64,000 bases of DNA from an uncultured Dehalococcoidia bacterium (GTDB lineage: Bacteria; Chloroflexota; Dehalococcoidia; Lucifugimonadales; UBA3495): assembly GCA_958296385.1 (NCBI GenBank), contig OY282494.1:31416-95415 (forward strand), in the 5' to 3' direction. The notes under the pieces were generated by a model. The model saw only the letters and a program-made list of their open reading frames with translations. It did no database searches and was not told the origin of the DNA. Position numbers and translations under genes: made by a program. Of the stretch, positions 55,681 through 64,000 are shown in pieces. How positions within the stretch are numbered: the first letter of the stretch is position 1; each line of letters opens with the position of its first letter.

Positions 55681-55747
55681 ACAGAATGCAAAGCCCCCAC
55701 GGCCCGAAACCGTGAGGGCTTTATCTACCGGGCTGCGTCGGAACGCG

Positions 55748-57718
55748 CTACTCCTCGTCCCCGTACTGTTCCTTAAGCATCTCCACCACTGCCGGGTCGG
55801 CCAGCGTAGTAGTGTCGCCCAGGGCGCGGCCTTCGGCTACGTCGCGCAGCAGCCGCCGCATAATCTTGCCGCTGCGCGTTTTGGGCAGCTCGGCGGCGAA
55901 GTGGATGTCGTCGGGACGGGCCATCGGGCCTATTTTGCTGGTCACGTGCTGCTTCAGCTCGGCGATTACGTCGTCGGAGCCGGCCACCTGGTCTTTCAGC
56001 GTTACGAAAGCGACGATGGCCTGGCCTTTCACTTCGTGGCTGCGTCCGATGCAGGCGGCCTCGGCCACTTTCAGGTTGTCCACCAGCGCCGACTCCACCT
56101 CCATCGTGCTGATGCGGTGCGCCGACACGTTGATTACGTCGTCCACCCGCCCCAGCAGCCAGAAGTACGACTCCTCGTCCAGCTTGGCGCCGTCGCTGGT
56201 AAAGTAAATGCCCTCGTAGTTGGACCAGTACTGCTGGACGAACCGCTCCGGGTCGCCGTAGATGCCCCGCAGCATACTCGGCCACGGCTTGCGGATGACC
56301 AGATAGCCACCCCCGCCGGGCCCAATCTCGTTGCCCTGCTCGTCCAGGATGGCGGCGTCGATGCCGGGGAACGGCTGCGTTGCCGAGCCGGGTTTCAGCG
56401 TCGTGATGCCGGGCAGGGGCGCAATCATCACCGCGCCGGTTTCCGTCTGCCACCAGGTATCCACCACCGGGCAGCGTCCGCCGCCGATGTGCTGCCAGTA
56501 CCAGACCCACGCCTCCGGGTTGATGGGCTCGCCCACCGTCCCCAGCAGCCGCAGCGACGACATATCGTGCCGGTTCGGGTATTCCTCCCCCCAGCGCATA
56601 AACGTGCGGATGGCCGTGGGCGCCGTGTAGCAGATGGTGCAGCCGTACTTCTCCACGATGACCCAGAACCGATCCCGGTCCGGCCAGTCCGGGGAACCTT
56701 CGTACATCACCGACGTAGCGCCGTTGGCCAGCGGCCCATAGACGATGTAGCTGTGTCCGGTCACCCAGCCGATGTCGGCGGTGCACCAGTACACGTCATC
56801 CTCTTTCAGGTCAAAAATCCACTTGGTGGTAGCGTAAGTGCCGGTCAGGTAGCCGCCGGTGGTATGCACAATGCCCTTCGGCTTGCCGGTCGTGCCGCTG
56901 GTGTACAGCATAAACAGCATATCCTCGCTGTCCATCGGCTCCGGCGCGCAGGTCAGCGGCTGGTTCGCCACCAGCTCGTGCCACCAGACGTCGCGCCCGG
57001 CTTGCATCATATCGTCGGCGTGAGCGGTGCGTCGCACCACGACCACGCTCTCGACGGGTGTTGAGCCCTCAATTGAGGCGTCGGCGTTCTGCTTGAGCGG
57101 AATGATGTTGCCCCGCCGCCAGCCGCCGTCGGCGGTAATCATCACTTTGGATTGCGAGTCCTCGATGCGATCCCGCAGCGATTCCGCGCTGAACCCGCCG
57201 AACACGATGCTGTGCGGCGCGCCGATGCGGGCGCAGGCCAGCATCGCGATAGGCAGCTCCGGCACCATCGGCAGGTAGATGGTAACCCGGTCGCCCTTCT
57301 CCACCCCCAGGCTCTTCAGCCCGTTGGCGAACTTGCAAACCTCCCGGTACAAGTCCCGGTAGGTATAAACCTGCCAGTCCCCCGGCTCGCCCTCCCAGAT
57401 GATAGCCGCCTTGTTCTTGCGCGGCCCATTAAGATGACGGTCGATGCAGTTGTAGGACACGTTGAGCTGGCCGCCCTCAAACCACCTGGCAAAGGGCGCG
57501 TCCGACCAGTCCAGCACGTTATCCCAGGGCTTGAACCAGTCCAGCTCGCCGGCAAAGCGCGCCCAGAACGCCTCCGGATCGCGGTTCGCCTCCTCATAAA
57601 CGGCCGGGTCGGCGATGTTGGCGTGGGCGGCAAAACCGGCCGGGGGCGGATAGGTGCGGTCTTCCTGCAACAGCGCCTCAAAAGCGCCGCCGCTCCGGGC
57701 CTCGTTACTCTGGGTCAT
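55748..57718 (-). CDS. acs: Acetyl-CoA synthetase (AMP-forming)
   Basis: ...[13 protein letters not shown]...[18 protein letters not shown]...[11 protein letters not shown].... ATG 57718 has GGAGG upstream. Confidence 0.93.
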   Translation of the reverse strand: MTQSNEARSGGAFEALLQEDRTYPPPAGFAAHANIADPAVYEEANRDPEAFWARFAGELDWFKPWDNVLDWSDAPFARWFEGGQLNVSYNCIDRHLNGPRKNKAAIIWEGEPGDWQVYTYRDLYREVCKFANGLKSLGVEKGDRVTIYLPMVPELPIAMLACARIGAPHSIVFGGFSAESLRDRIEDSQSKVMITADGGWRRGNIIPLKQNADASIEGSTPVESVVVVRRTAHADDMMQAGRDVWWHELVANQPLTCAPEPMDSEDMLFMLYTSGTTGKPKGIVHTTGGYLTGTYATTKWIFDLKEDDVYWCTADIGWVTGHSYIVYGPLANGATSVMYEGSPDWPDRDRFWVIVEKYGCTICYTAPTAIRTFMRWGEEYPNRHDMSSLRLLGTVGEPINPEAWVWYWQHIGGGRCPVVDTWWQTETGAVMIAPLPGITTLKPGSATQPFPGIDAAILDEQGNEIGPGGGGYLVIRKPWPSMLRGIYGDPERFVQQYWSNYEGIYFTSDGAKLDEESYFWLLGRVDDVINVSAHRISTMEVESALVDNLKVAEAACIGRSHEVKGQAIVAFVTLKDQVAGSDDVIAELKQHVTSKIGPMARPDDIHFAAELPKTRSGKIMRRLLRDVAEGRALGDTTTLADPAVVEMLKEQYGDEE

Positions 57719-57903
57719 CGTGCGAACCTCCGGGGATGGATATAGATGTAGATGGGTAGATGGGATTGGTACAGATATTAGCACATCGCCCGGCCCGCCC
57801 TGCGGCTTGCTCTGCAGCTTGCTCTACGGATGGGATGGATGGACGTAACGGAACGCTGACGGCGGCAAATCGGCGTTGGCAATTTTCTGCTGTGCAATTC
57901 CGG

Positions 57904-57932
57904 TTGACATTCGGGGGTGTGGTGGTTACAAT
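57904..57932 (+). promoter_or_regulatory. Promoter of the str operon (TTGACA-17-TACAAT)
   Basis: Consensus -35 and near-consensus -10 hexamers ~50 nt upstream of the rpsL ATG. Confidence 0.6.
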
Positions 57933-57980
57933 CCCTTTTTACTGTGACGGAAACACAGCCGACGCAGTTGAGGATTGACT

Positions 57981-58391
57981 ATGCCTACTGTAAATCAACT
58001 GGTGCGCAAGGGCCGTAAGCCCGTCCGCAAGGGAACCAAAGCCCCCGCCCTGCATTGGGTGCAGAACTCCCTGCGCAACCGCACGCGCTGGGGGCCGGGC
58101 TGCCCGCAGCGCCGCGGCGTTTGCATCCAGGTGCGCACCATGACCCCCAAGAAGCCCAACTCCGCCCTGCGTAAAATCTGCCGCGTCCGGCTCACCAACG
58201 GCGTGGAAGTAACCGCCTACATCGGCGGCGAGGGCCACAACTTGCAGGAACACTCCGTCGTGCTCATCCGCGGCGGGCGCGTCAAGGACTTGCCCGGCGT
58301 GCGCTATCACGTCGTGCGGAGCAACCTTGACACCGAAGGCGTAGATGGCCGACGTCAGGGCCGCAGCAAGTACGGCACCCGCAAACGCTAG
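57981..58391 (+). CDS. rpsL: 30S ribosomal protein S12 (with ~14-aa N-terminal-region insertion)
   Basis: [12 protein letters not shown]...[10 protein letters not shown]...[29 protein letters not shown]. Confidence 0.97.
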   Translation: MPTVNQLVRKGRKPVRKGTKAPALHWVQNSLRNRTRWGPGCPQRRGVCIQVRTMTPKKPNSALRKICRVRLTNGVEVTAYIGGEGHNLQEHSVVLIRGGRVKDLPGVRYHVVRSNLDTEGVDGRRQGRSKYGTRKR

Positions 58392-58421
58392 GCAGCGGCC
58401 CCGCAACATCGCCGCCAGTTT

Positions 58422-58442
58422 CACCCCCGTGCGCCGGGGGTG
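58422..58442 (+). promoter_or_regulatory. Perfect 8-bp GC hairpin in the rpsL-rpsG spacer
   Basis: CACCCCCG-tgcgc-CGGGGGTG. Confidence 0.35.
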
Positions 58443-58498
58443 GCTTACTATACAAACCGACACCATCCCCAAAACGCACCGCCACAGGTAGAGCTGAT

Positions 58499-58969
58499 AT
58501 GTCGCGACGACGCCGAGCCGAACCCCGGATAATCAAACCCGACCCCAGGTACAACAACCTGGAGTTGGCGAAGTTCATCAACCGGGTGATGCTCAAGGGC
58601 AAGAAATCCACCGCCCAGCGGGTGGTGTACGATGCGCTGGAACTGGTGCGCTCCGACGCCAACCAGGACCCCCTCACCGTGTTCTCCACCGCCCTGCGCA
58701 ACGCTACCCCGCTGGTTGAGGTGCGCCCCCGTCGCGTGGGCGGCGCCACCTATCAGGTTCCCGTCGAACTCCGCACCTCCCGCAGCGAAGCCCTGGCGAT
58801 GCGCTGGATTATACGCGGCGCCCGCGGACGCAACGGTATGCGCATGTCCCGGGGCCTGGCCAACGAATTCCTCGACGCCGCCCGGGGCGAAGGTTCCGCC
58901 GTCCGCCGCCGCGAGGAACTGCACCGCATGGCCGAAGCCAACCGCGCTTTCGTACACTACCGCCGCTAG
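58499..58969 (+). CDS. rpsG: 30S ribosomal protein S7
   Basis: MSRRRRAEPRIIKPDPRYNN...STAQRVVYDAL...RVGGATYQVPVE.... Confidence 0.97.
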   Translation: MSRRRRAEPRIIKPDPRYNNLELAKFINRVMLKGKKSTAQRVVYDALELVRSDANQDPLTVFSTALRNATPLVEVRPRRVGGATYQVPVELRTSRSEALAMRWIIRGARGRNGMRMSRGLANEFLDAARGEGSAVRRREELHRMAEANRAFVHYRR

Positions 58970-59039
58970 ATTAGCGCTGCTCCCATCCCACCCACGCCTC
59001 CCGCCCACGTCTAAATAGGTACGTATCGGAAACCCCAAA

Positions 59040-61121
59040 ATGACTACCGTCCAGCACTCCACTGACCAAATCCGCAACATCGGCTTCATCGCCCACATTG
59101 ACGCCGGCAAGACTACGGTAACCGAGCGGGTGCTTTACCTGACCGGGCGCATCCGCAAGGTTGGCGGCGTTGACGAGGGCACCACCGCGATGGACTGGAT
59201 GCCCCAGGAAAAGGAACGCGGCATCACCATCACGGCGGCGGCCACCACCGCCTACTGGCGCGACCACCAGGTCAACATCATTGACACCCCCGGCCACGTG
59301 GATTTCACCGCCGAAGTGGAGCGCAGCCTCCGCGTACTCGACGGCGGCATCGTCGTACTGGACGCCGTAGCCGGCGTGCAGCCCCAGTCCGAAACCGTCT
59401 GGCGCCAGGCCGACACTTACGCCGTCCCCCGCATCTGCTTTGTCAACAAGATGGACCGGGTCGGCGCATCCTACGAGCGCACCATTGAATCGGTGCGCCG
59501 CCGGCTCAACGGCAACCCGGTAGCCGTGCAGGTTCCCATCGGCGCCGAGGACGAGTTCCGCGGCGTAGTTGACCTGATGGAAGGCCAGGCCATCATGTAC
59601 TCCGACGGACGCGACGACATCGGCGAACCCCCCGAAGTCATCCCCGTGCCGCCGGAATACGAGCGGGCCTACCTGGACTACCGCCAGGAGATGGTGGAAA
59701 AAATCGTCGAAACCGACGAAGCCCTTTTGATTAAATACCTGGAGGGCGAGGAAATCTGCGCCGATGACTTGCGCCGGGCCTTGCGCAACGCCACCATCAA
59801 TCGCGAGTTGGTGCCGGTGCTGTGCGGCAGCGCCATGCGCGGCAAGGGCATCCACCCCCTGCTTGACGCCATCATTTACTACCTGCCCGCCCCGCTTGAC
59901 GTAGCCGCCGTTACCGGAACCGTCCCTGGCACGGAGGACACCGAAATCCGGGAGCCGATAGCCAGCGAACCCCTGGCCGCCCTGGCGTTCAAGGTAGTCG
60001 TTGACCCTTACGTAGGCCGTCTGGTGTTCCTCCGCATTTATTCCGGCCGCGTTGAATCCGGCGCCGCCGTGCGCAACGTCACCCGCGGCAATCGGGAGCG
60101 CATGGGCCGCCTGCTGCGGATGCACGCCAACCACCGCGAGGAACTGCCCGAAATCACCGCCGGCAACATCTGCGCCGCCGTCGGCCTGAAAGACACCTTT
60201 ACCGGCGACACCATCTGCACCGACCACAAGCCCGTAATCCTGGAACCCCCCCACTTCCCGGAACCCGTAGTTTCGGTGGCCATTGAGCCGGCGACGCGGG
60301 CCGACCAGGACAAACTCGGCGAGGCCCTGCGCAAGCTGTCCGAGGAGGACCCGACTTTTGTAGTTCGCTTCAACGACGAAACCGGCCAGACTATCATCTC
60401 CGGCATGGGAGAGCTGCACCTGGAGGTGCTGGTTGACCGGATGCGCCGGGAGTTTGACGTTGAGGCGCGCGTTGGCCGCCCCCGGGTCGCCTACCGTGAA
60501 ACCATCACGGAGCGAGTACGCATCGAGGGACGGTTCGTCCGTCAAACCGGCGGCCATGGCCAGTACGGCCACGTGTGGCTGGTGCTGGAACCCCAGGAAC
60601 GCGGCGCCGGCAACACCTTCGTTGACGGCACCACCGGCGGCGTCATCCCCCGCAACTTCATCCCGGCCGTCGAACACGGCGTCAACCAGGGGCTGGACAA
60701 CGGCCCGCTGGCCGGGTATCCTCTGGTAGATTTAAAAGTCACGCTGGTAGATGGCAGCTACCACACGGTTGACTCGTCCGAAATGGCCTTCCGCTCAGCG
60801 GGAATGATGGCCCTGCGGGACGGGGCAAGGCGCGGGAAGCCGGTGTTGCAGGAACCCATCTTTGAGATGGAAGTCGTAACCCCCGGCGAGTTTCTCAGCG
60901 ACGTGCTGGGTGATTTGGGCGGCCGACGCGCCCAGATTCGCAGCATCGAAGGTCAGGACGACCTCCAGACCGTGCGGGCAATGATTCCCCTCGGGGAAAC
61001 GTTTGCGTACACTACGGCTTTGCGCTCACTGAGCCGGGGTCGGGCTTCATACACCATGGAGTTCCGGCACTACGAGCCGGTGCCGGAAAACCTGTTGCGC
61101 ACTCTCGCCAATATCGGCTAG
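59040..61121 (+). CDS. fusA: Elongation factor G
   Basis: ...IRNIGFIAHIDAGKTT...DTPGHVDFTAEVERSLRVLDG.... Confidence 0.97.
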   Translation: MTTVQHSTDQIRNIGFIAHIDAGKTTVTERVLYLTGRIRKVGGVDEGTTAMDWMPQEKERGITITAAATTAYWRDHQVNIIDTPGHVDFTAEVERSLRVLDGGIVVLDAVAGVQPQSETVWRQADTYAVPRICFVNKMDRVGASYERTIESVRRRLNGNPVAVQVPIGAEDEFRGVVDLMEGQAIMYSDGRDDIGEPPEVIPVPPEYERAYLDYRQEMVEKIVETDEALLIKYLEGEEICADDLRRALRNATINRELVPVLCGSAMRGKGIHPLLDAIIYYLPAPLDVAAVTGTVPGTEDTEIREPIASEPLAALAFKVVVDPYVGRLVFLRIYSGRVESGAAVRNVTRGNRERMGRLLRMHANHREELPEITAGNICAAVGLKDTFTGDTICTDHKPVILEPPHFPEPVVSVAIEPATRADQDKLGEALRKLSEEDPTFVVRFNDETGQTIISGMGELHLEVLVDRMRREFDVEARVGRPRVAYRETITERVRIEGRFVRQTGGHGQYGHVWLVLEPQERGAGNTFVDGTTGGVIPRNFIPAVEHGVNQGLDNGPLAGYPLVDLKVTLVDGSYHTVDSSEMAFRSAGMMALRDGARRGKPVLQEPIFEMEVVTPGEFLSDVLGDLGGRRAQIRSIEGQDDLQTVRAMIPLGETFAYTTALRSLSRGRASYTMEFRHYEPVPENLLRTLANIG

Positions 61122-61191
61122 GAACCCCGCAGCGCGGCGCCCCCGTCGCACTGCCCCATCAGCACGTTAGCGGAGCAGAACATAGCAAATT

Positions 61192-61503
61192 ATGGTCACC
61201 AGGCAACAAATGCGCATCATCCTCAAGGCGTTTGACCACAAGGTGCTGGACCAGTCCAGCGCCCAAATCGTGGAAACCGCCGAACTCACCGGCGCCCGAG
61301 TCGCCGGCCCGGTGCCCCTGCCCACCCAAATCCGGCGGTTCTGCGTCATCCGCGGCCCCCACGTGGACAAGGACTCCCGCGAACACTTCGAAATCCGCAC
61401 CCACAAGCGCCTCCTGGACATCATGGAACCCACCAGCAAAACCATCGACGCGCTAACCCGGCTCAATATGCCGGCGGGAGTAGATATATCCATCAAGCTC
61501 TAA
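61192..61503 (+). CDS. rpsJ: 30S ribosomal protein S10
   Basis: ...[16 protein letters not shown]...[25 protein letters not shown].... Confidence 0.97.
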   Translation: MVTRQQMRIILKAFDHKVLDQSSAQIVETAELTGARVAGPVPLPTQIRRFCVIRGPHVDKDSREHFEIRTHKRLLDIMEPTSKTIDALTRLNMPAGVDISIKL

Positions 61504-61607
61504 CCGGGCTTGCCCCAGCGCAAACATCCACCACCGGCCGGCGGCAGGCCCACGCCACCGCCGCCGTTGCATCTATCACAGGCACCGGCAACTTACAGGC
61601 AAACAAA

Positions 61608-62243
61608 ATGCTAAAGGCTTTCCTCGGCAAAAAAATCGGCATGACCCAGGTGTTCAACGACGCCGGCCACGTCCAGCCCGTCACCATCATTGAGGCTGGC
61701 CCCTGCGCCGTCACCCAGCTTCGCACTGCGGACAAGGACGGCTACGAGTCGGTTCAGCTGGGCTTTGGCCGCGTGCGCCGCCCCAACAAGCCGGAAGCCG
61801 GACACCTGCGCGGCAGCCAGATTGGACGCCGCCTCCAGGAGGTTGCCGCCGACGATACCGCCGAGTACGAAGTCGGCCAGCTGGTAACCGTAGAGATTTT
61901 TGAACCCGGCGAGATTGTTGACGTCATCGGCAAGTCCAAAGGCAAGGGTTTCGCCGGCACCATGAAACGCCACGGCTTCGGCGGCGGCCCCCGCACCCAC
62001 GGCCAGTCCGACCGGCAGCGCGCCCCCGGCTCCATCGGCGGCGGCACCACCCCCGGCAAGGTCTTTAAAGGACTCAAAATGGCCGGACACATGGGCAACC
62101 GCCGCGTTACCGCCAAGGGCCTTGAAGTAGTGCAAGTTGACCCGGAGCGCAACCTTCTAATGGTAAAAGGCGGCATCCCCGGCGCCCCCAACAGCCCCGT
62201 AACCATCCGCAAAACCGGCAAGCGCAAGTCCCAGCCCGCATAG
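61608..62243 (+). CDS. rplC: 50S ribosomal protein L3
   Basis: ...[11 protein letters not shown]...VTIIEAGPC...[13 protein letters not shown].... Confidence 0.97.
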   Translation: MLKAFLGKKIGMTQVFNDAGHVQPVTIIEAGPCAVTQLRTADKDGYESVQLGFGRVRRPNKPEAGHLRGSQIGRRLQEVAADDTAEYEVGQLVTVEIFEPGEIVDVIGKSKGKGFAGTMKRHGFGGGPRTHGQSDRQRAPGSIGGGTTPGKVFKGLKMAGHMGNRRVTAKGLEVVQVDPERNLLMVKGGIPGAPNSPVTIRKTGKRKSQPA

Positions 62244-62298
62244 CCTTTCGCAGACCGACTACCTTTCAAGCGCCAACCCCACAGGAATCACTTCCATC

Positions 62299-62964
62299 AT
62301 GGAAATCCCCGTAATCAATCGCAACGGCGAGGCCATTGACACCATCAGCGTTGACGACGCCGTCTTTAACGCGCCGATGAACCGCACGCTGGTGCATCAG
62401 GCAATGGTCATCTACAACCTCAACCAGCGGCAAGGCACCCACTCCACGCGCACCCGCGCCGAAGTTTCCGGCGGCGGCCGCAAGCCCTGGATACAAAAGC
62501 ACACCGGACGCGCCCGCCAGGGCAGCATCCGCTCCCCGCAGTGGAGGCACGGCGGCATCGCCTTCGGCCCCAAGCCCCGCGACTACCGCAAAGCCCTGCC
62601 CCGCGCCATGCGCCGCAACGCCCTCAAATGCGTGCTGTCCGACCGCATCCGCCAGGGCCAGTTCATCTGCATCGACTCGCTGAGCGACCTGGACGGACGC
62701 ACCCGCTCCATGAGCGCCCTGCTCCAAAGCCTCAACCTGACCGGCTCGCTGTTGGTAGTGACACGAGATGCCGACCGCAACGTATCACGCGCCGGCGGCA
62801 ACTTGAAACAGGTTTGGACGTTGCCCTCCGATTTGGTGAACGCCAACGACGTCATCAAGCGCCAAACCATTCTGATTACCGCCGACGCCGTGCGCCGCAT
62901 TGAGGAGATTTGCAACGCCCCTCGACACCGGGCCCGCCGGGCCGCTATGGAGGTGGCCGAGTAA
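62299..62964 (+). CDS. rplD: 50S ribosomal protein L4
   Basis: ...RQGTHSTRTRAEVSGGGRKPWIQKHTGRARQGSIRSPQWRHGG.... Confidence 0.97.
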   Translation: MEIPVINRNGEAIDTISVDDAVFNAPMNRTLVHQAMVIYNLNQRQGTHSTRTRAEVSGGGRKPWIQKHTGRARQGSIRSPQWRHGGIAFGPKPRDYRKALPRAMRRNALKCVLSDRIRQGQFICIDSLSDLDGRTRSMSALLQSLNLTGSLLVVTRDADRNVSRAGGNLKQVWTLPSDLVNANDVIKRQTILITADAVRRIEEICNAPRHRARRAAMEVAE

Positions 62965-63248
62965 TGAATATCAGCGAAGTTTTGCTGCGCCCTACCATCA
63001 CCGAGAAAAGCACCCTGCTGCAAGAGGACGGGCAATACACCTTTGAGATTGCGCGCAAGGCCAACAAAACGCTGGTCAAGCAGGCGGTGGAACAGAACTT
63101 CAACGTCACCGTCCTCAGCGTCAACATCACCGTCAACCGGGGCAAGCGCAAGCGCTTTGGCCCGCGCGTCAAGAAACAGCCCGACATCAAAAAAGCCGTC
63201 GTAACCCTCCGGCCCGGCGATCGCATTGACCTGATTGAGGGCTTGTAG
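62964..63248 (+). CDS. rplW: 50S ribosomal protein L23
   Basis: MNISEVLLRPTITEKST.... The ATG overlaps the rplD stop (TAATG). Confidence 0.95.
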   Translation: MNISEVLLRPTITEKSTLLQEDGQYTFEIARKANKTLVKQAVEQNFNVTVLSVNITVNRGKRKRFGPRVKKQPDIKKAVVTLRPGDRIDLIEGL

Positions 63249-63299
63249 CCCTTAAATCCGCGAACCCTGTAATCGCCCAACCCAACGCGAGCGTTCAGT

Positions 63300-64000
63300 A
63301 TGCCTCTGAAAAATCTGCGCCCCATCACCCCTGGGACACGAAACGCGGTGCGCCCCTCTTTTGAGGAACTCACCGCCCGCAAGCCGGAAAAGTCCCTGCT
63401 GGAACCGTTGCAGAAGCGCGGCGGCCGCAACAACCGGGGCCGCATCACCGCCTACCACCGGGGCGGCGGCCCCCGCCGGATGTACCGCCGCATCGACTTC
63501 AAGCGGCGCAAGGACGGCGTGCCGGCTACCGTCAAGTCTATTGAGTACGACCCCAACCGCACCACCCGCATCGCCCTGCTGTACTACGCCGACGGGGAAA
63601 AGGCGTACATCCTGGCGCCGGTGAACCTCTCGGTTGGCGACCACGTAGAATCCGGCCCGGCGGCGGAAATCAGCCCCGGCAACAGCCTCCCCCTGCGCAA
63701 CATCCCCACCGGCACGGTGGTGCATAACCTGGAACTCACGCCGGGCCGGGGCGGCCAGCTGGTGCGCGGCGCCGGCACCGGCGCGCAGGTGCTTTCCCGC
63801 GAGGGTGAATACGTGCTGATTCGCCTGCCCTCCGGCGAGATGCGCCGCATCCTGCTCAACTGCCGCGCCAGCGTTGGCCAGCTCTCCAACCCCGACCACA
63901 AGAACGAGAGCCTGGGCAAAGCCGGCGCCAAGCGTCATCTGGGCCGCCGCCCCCACGTCCGTGGCGTCGCCAAGAACCCGGTTGACCACCCCCACGGCGG
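63300..64000 (+). CDS. rplB: 50S ribosomal protein L2, N-terminal ~233 aa; 3' end outside window
   Basis: [15 protein letters not shown]...[16 protein letters not shown]...IEYDPNRT...[20 protein letters not shown]. It is absent from the ORF track because there is no stop codon inside the window. Confidence 0.95.
   Translation, partial: MPLKNLRPITPGTRNAVRPSFEELTARKPEKSLLEPLQKRGGRNNRGRITAYHRGGGPRRMYRRIDFKRRKDGVPATVKSIEYDPNRTTRIALLYYADGEKAYILAPVNLSVGDHVESGPAAEISPGNSLPLRNIPTGTVVHNLELTPGRGGQLVRGAGTGAQVLSREGEYVLIRLPSGEMRRILLNCRASVGQLSNPDHKNESLGKAGAKRHLGRRPHVRGVAKNPVDHPHG

Noticed and set aside
61122-61191. Absence of tuf between fusA and rpsJ as a possible deletion
   Set aside because: The 70-nt spacer shows no gene remnant. 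Separation of tuf from the str operon occurs in various lineages, so it is noted but not treated as an anomaly.

Overview
This is a 64-kb high-GC (roughly mid-60s % by eye) bacterial chromosomal segment. The gene content suggests a Chloroflexota-like organism, but this is inference only: five Uma2/DUF820 nucleases, a UbiD/UbiX/UbiA/UbiE late-menaquinone block, GT-C membrane glycosyltransferase-like paralogs, and a str-S10 ribosomal operon without tuf. There are about 60 protein genes. One group is oxidative/catabolic: two LLM oxidoreductases, an HpaB-type monooxygenase plus MOSC, Rieske dioxygenase alpha/beta, an HpcH aldolase, a flavin halogenase-like enzyme, esterases, and two split ComDE-like ThDP decarboxylases. 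Housekeeping genes include rnc, typA, gatB, acs and rpsL-rpsG-fusA-rpsJ-rplCDWB. Several small lower-GC islets are also present. I recognised no rRNA, tRNA, CRISPR array, transposase or integrase gene. The most notable observations are: (1) a ~430-460-nt non-coding element in three copies, each with its own sigma70-like promoter and a shared long-range helix/hairpin architecture supported by paired indels, which is a candidate new large structured RNA; (2) a DsbA/HCCA-isomerase-like gene whose redox-site codon is an in-frame TGA behind a strong RBS/ATG, a selenoprotein candidate; (3) a single RNase-H-fold (DUF429-like) gene inserted at the 3' end of a MOSC gene and bracketed by 48-bp repeats that both encode the MOSC C-terminus; (4) three tandem GT-C paralogs plus one disrupted inverted copy, all sharing an uncharacterised ~105-aa C-terminal module; (5) a 24-bp x10 tandem array that has grown out of one arm of a 114-bp palindromic element. 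Several genes are disrupted by an amber codon, frameshifts or deletions. All calls come from reading the translations and sequence by eye; no database search or folding program was available.
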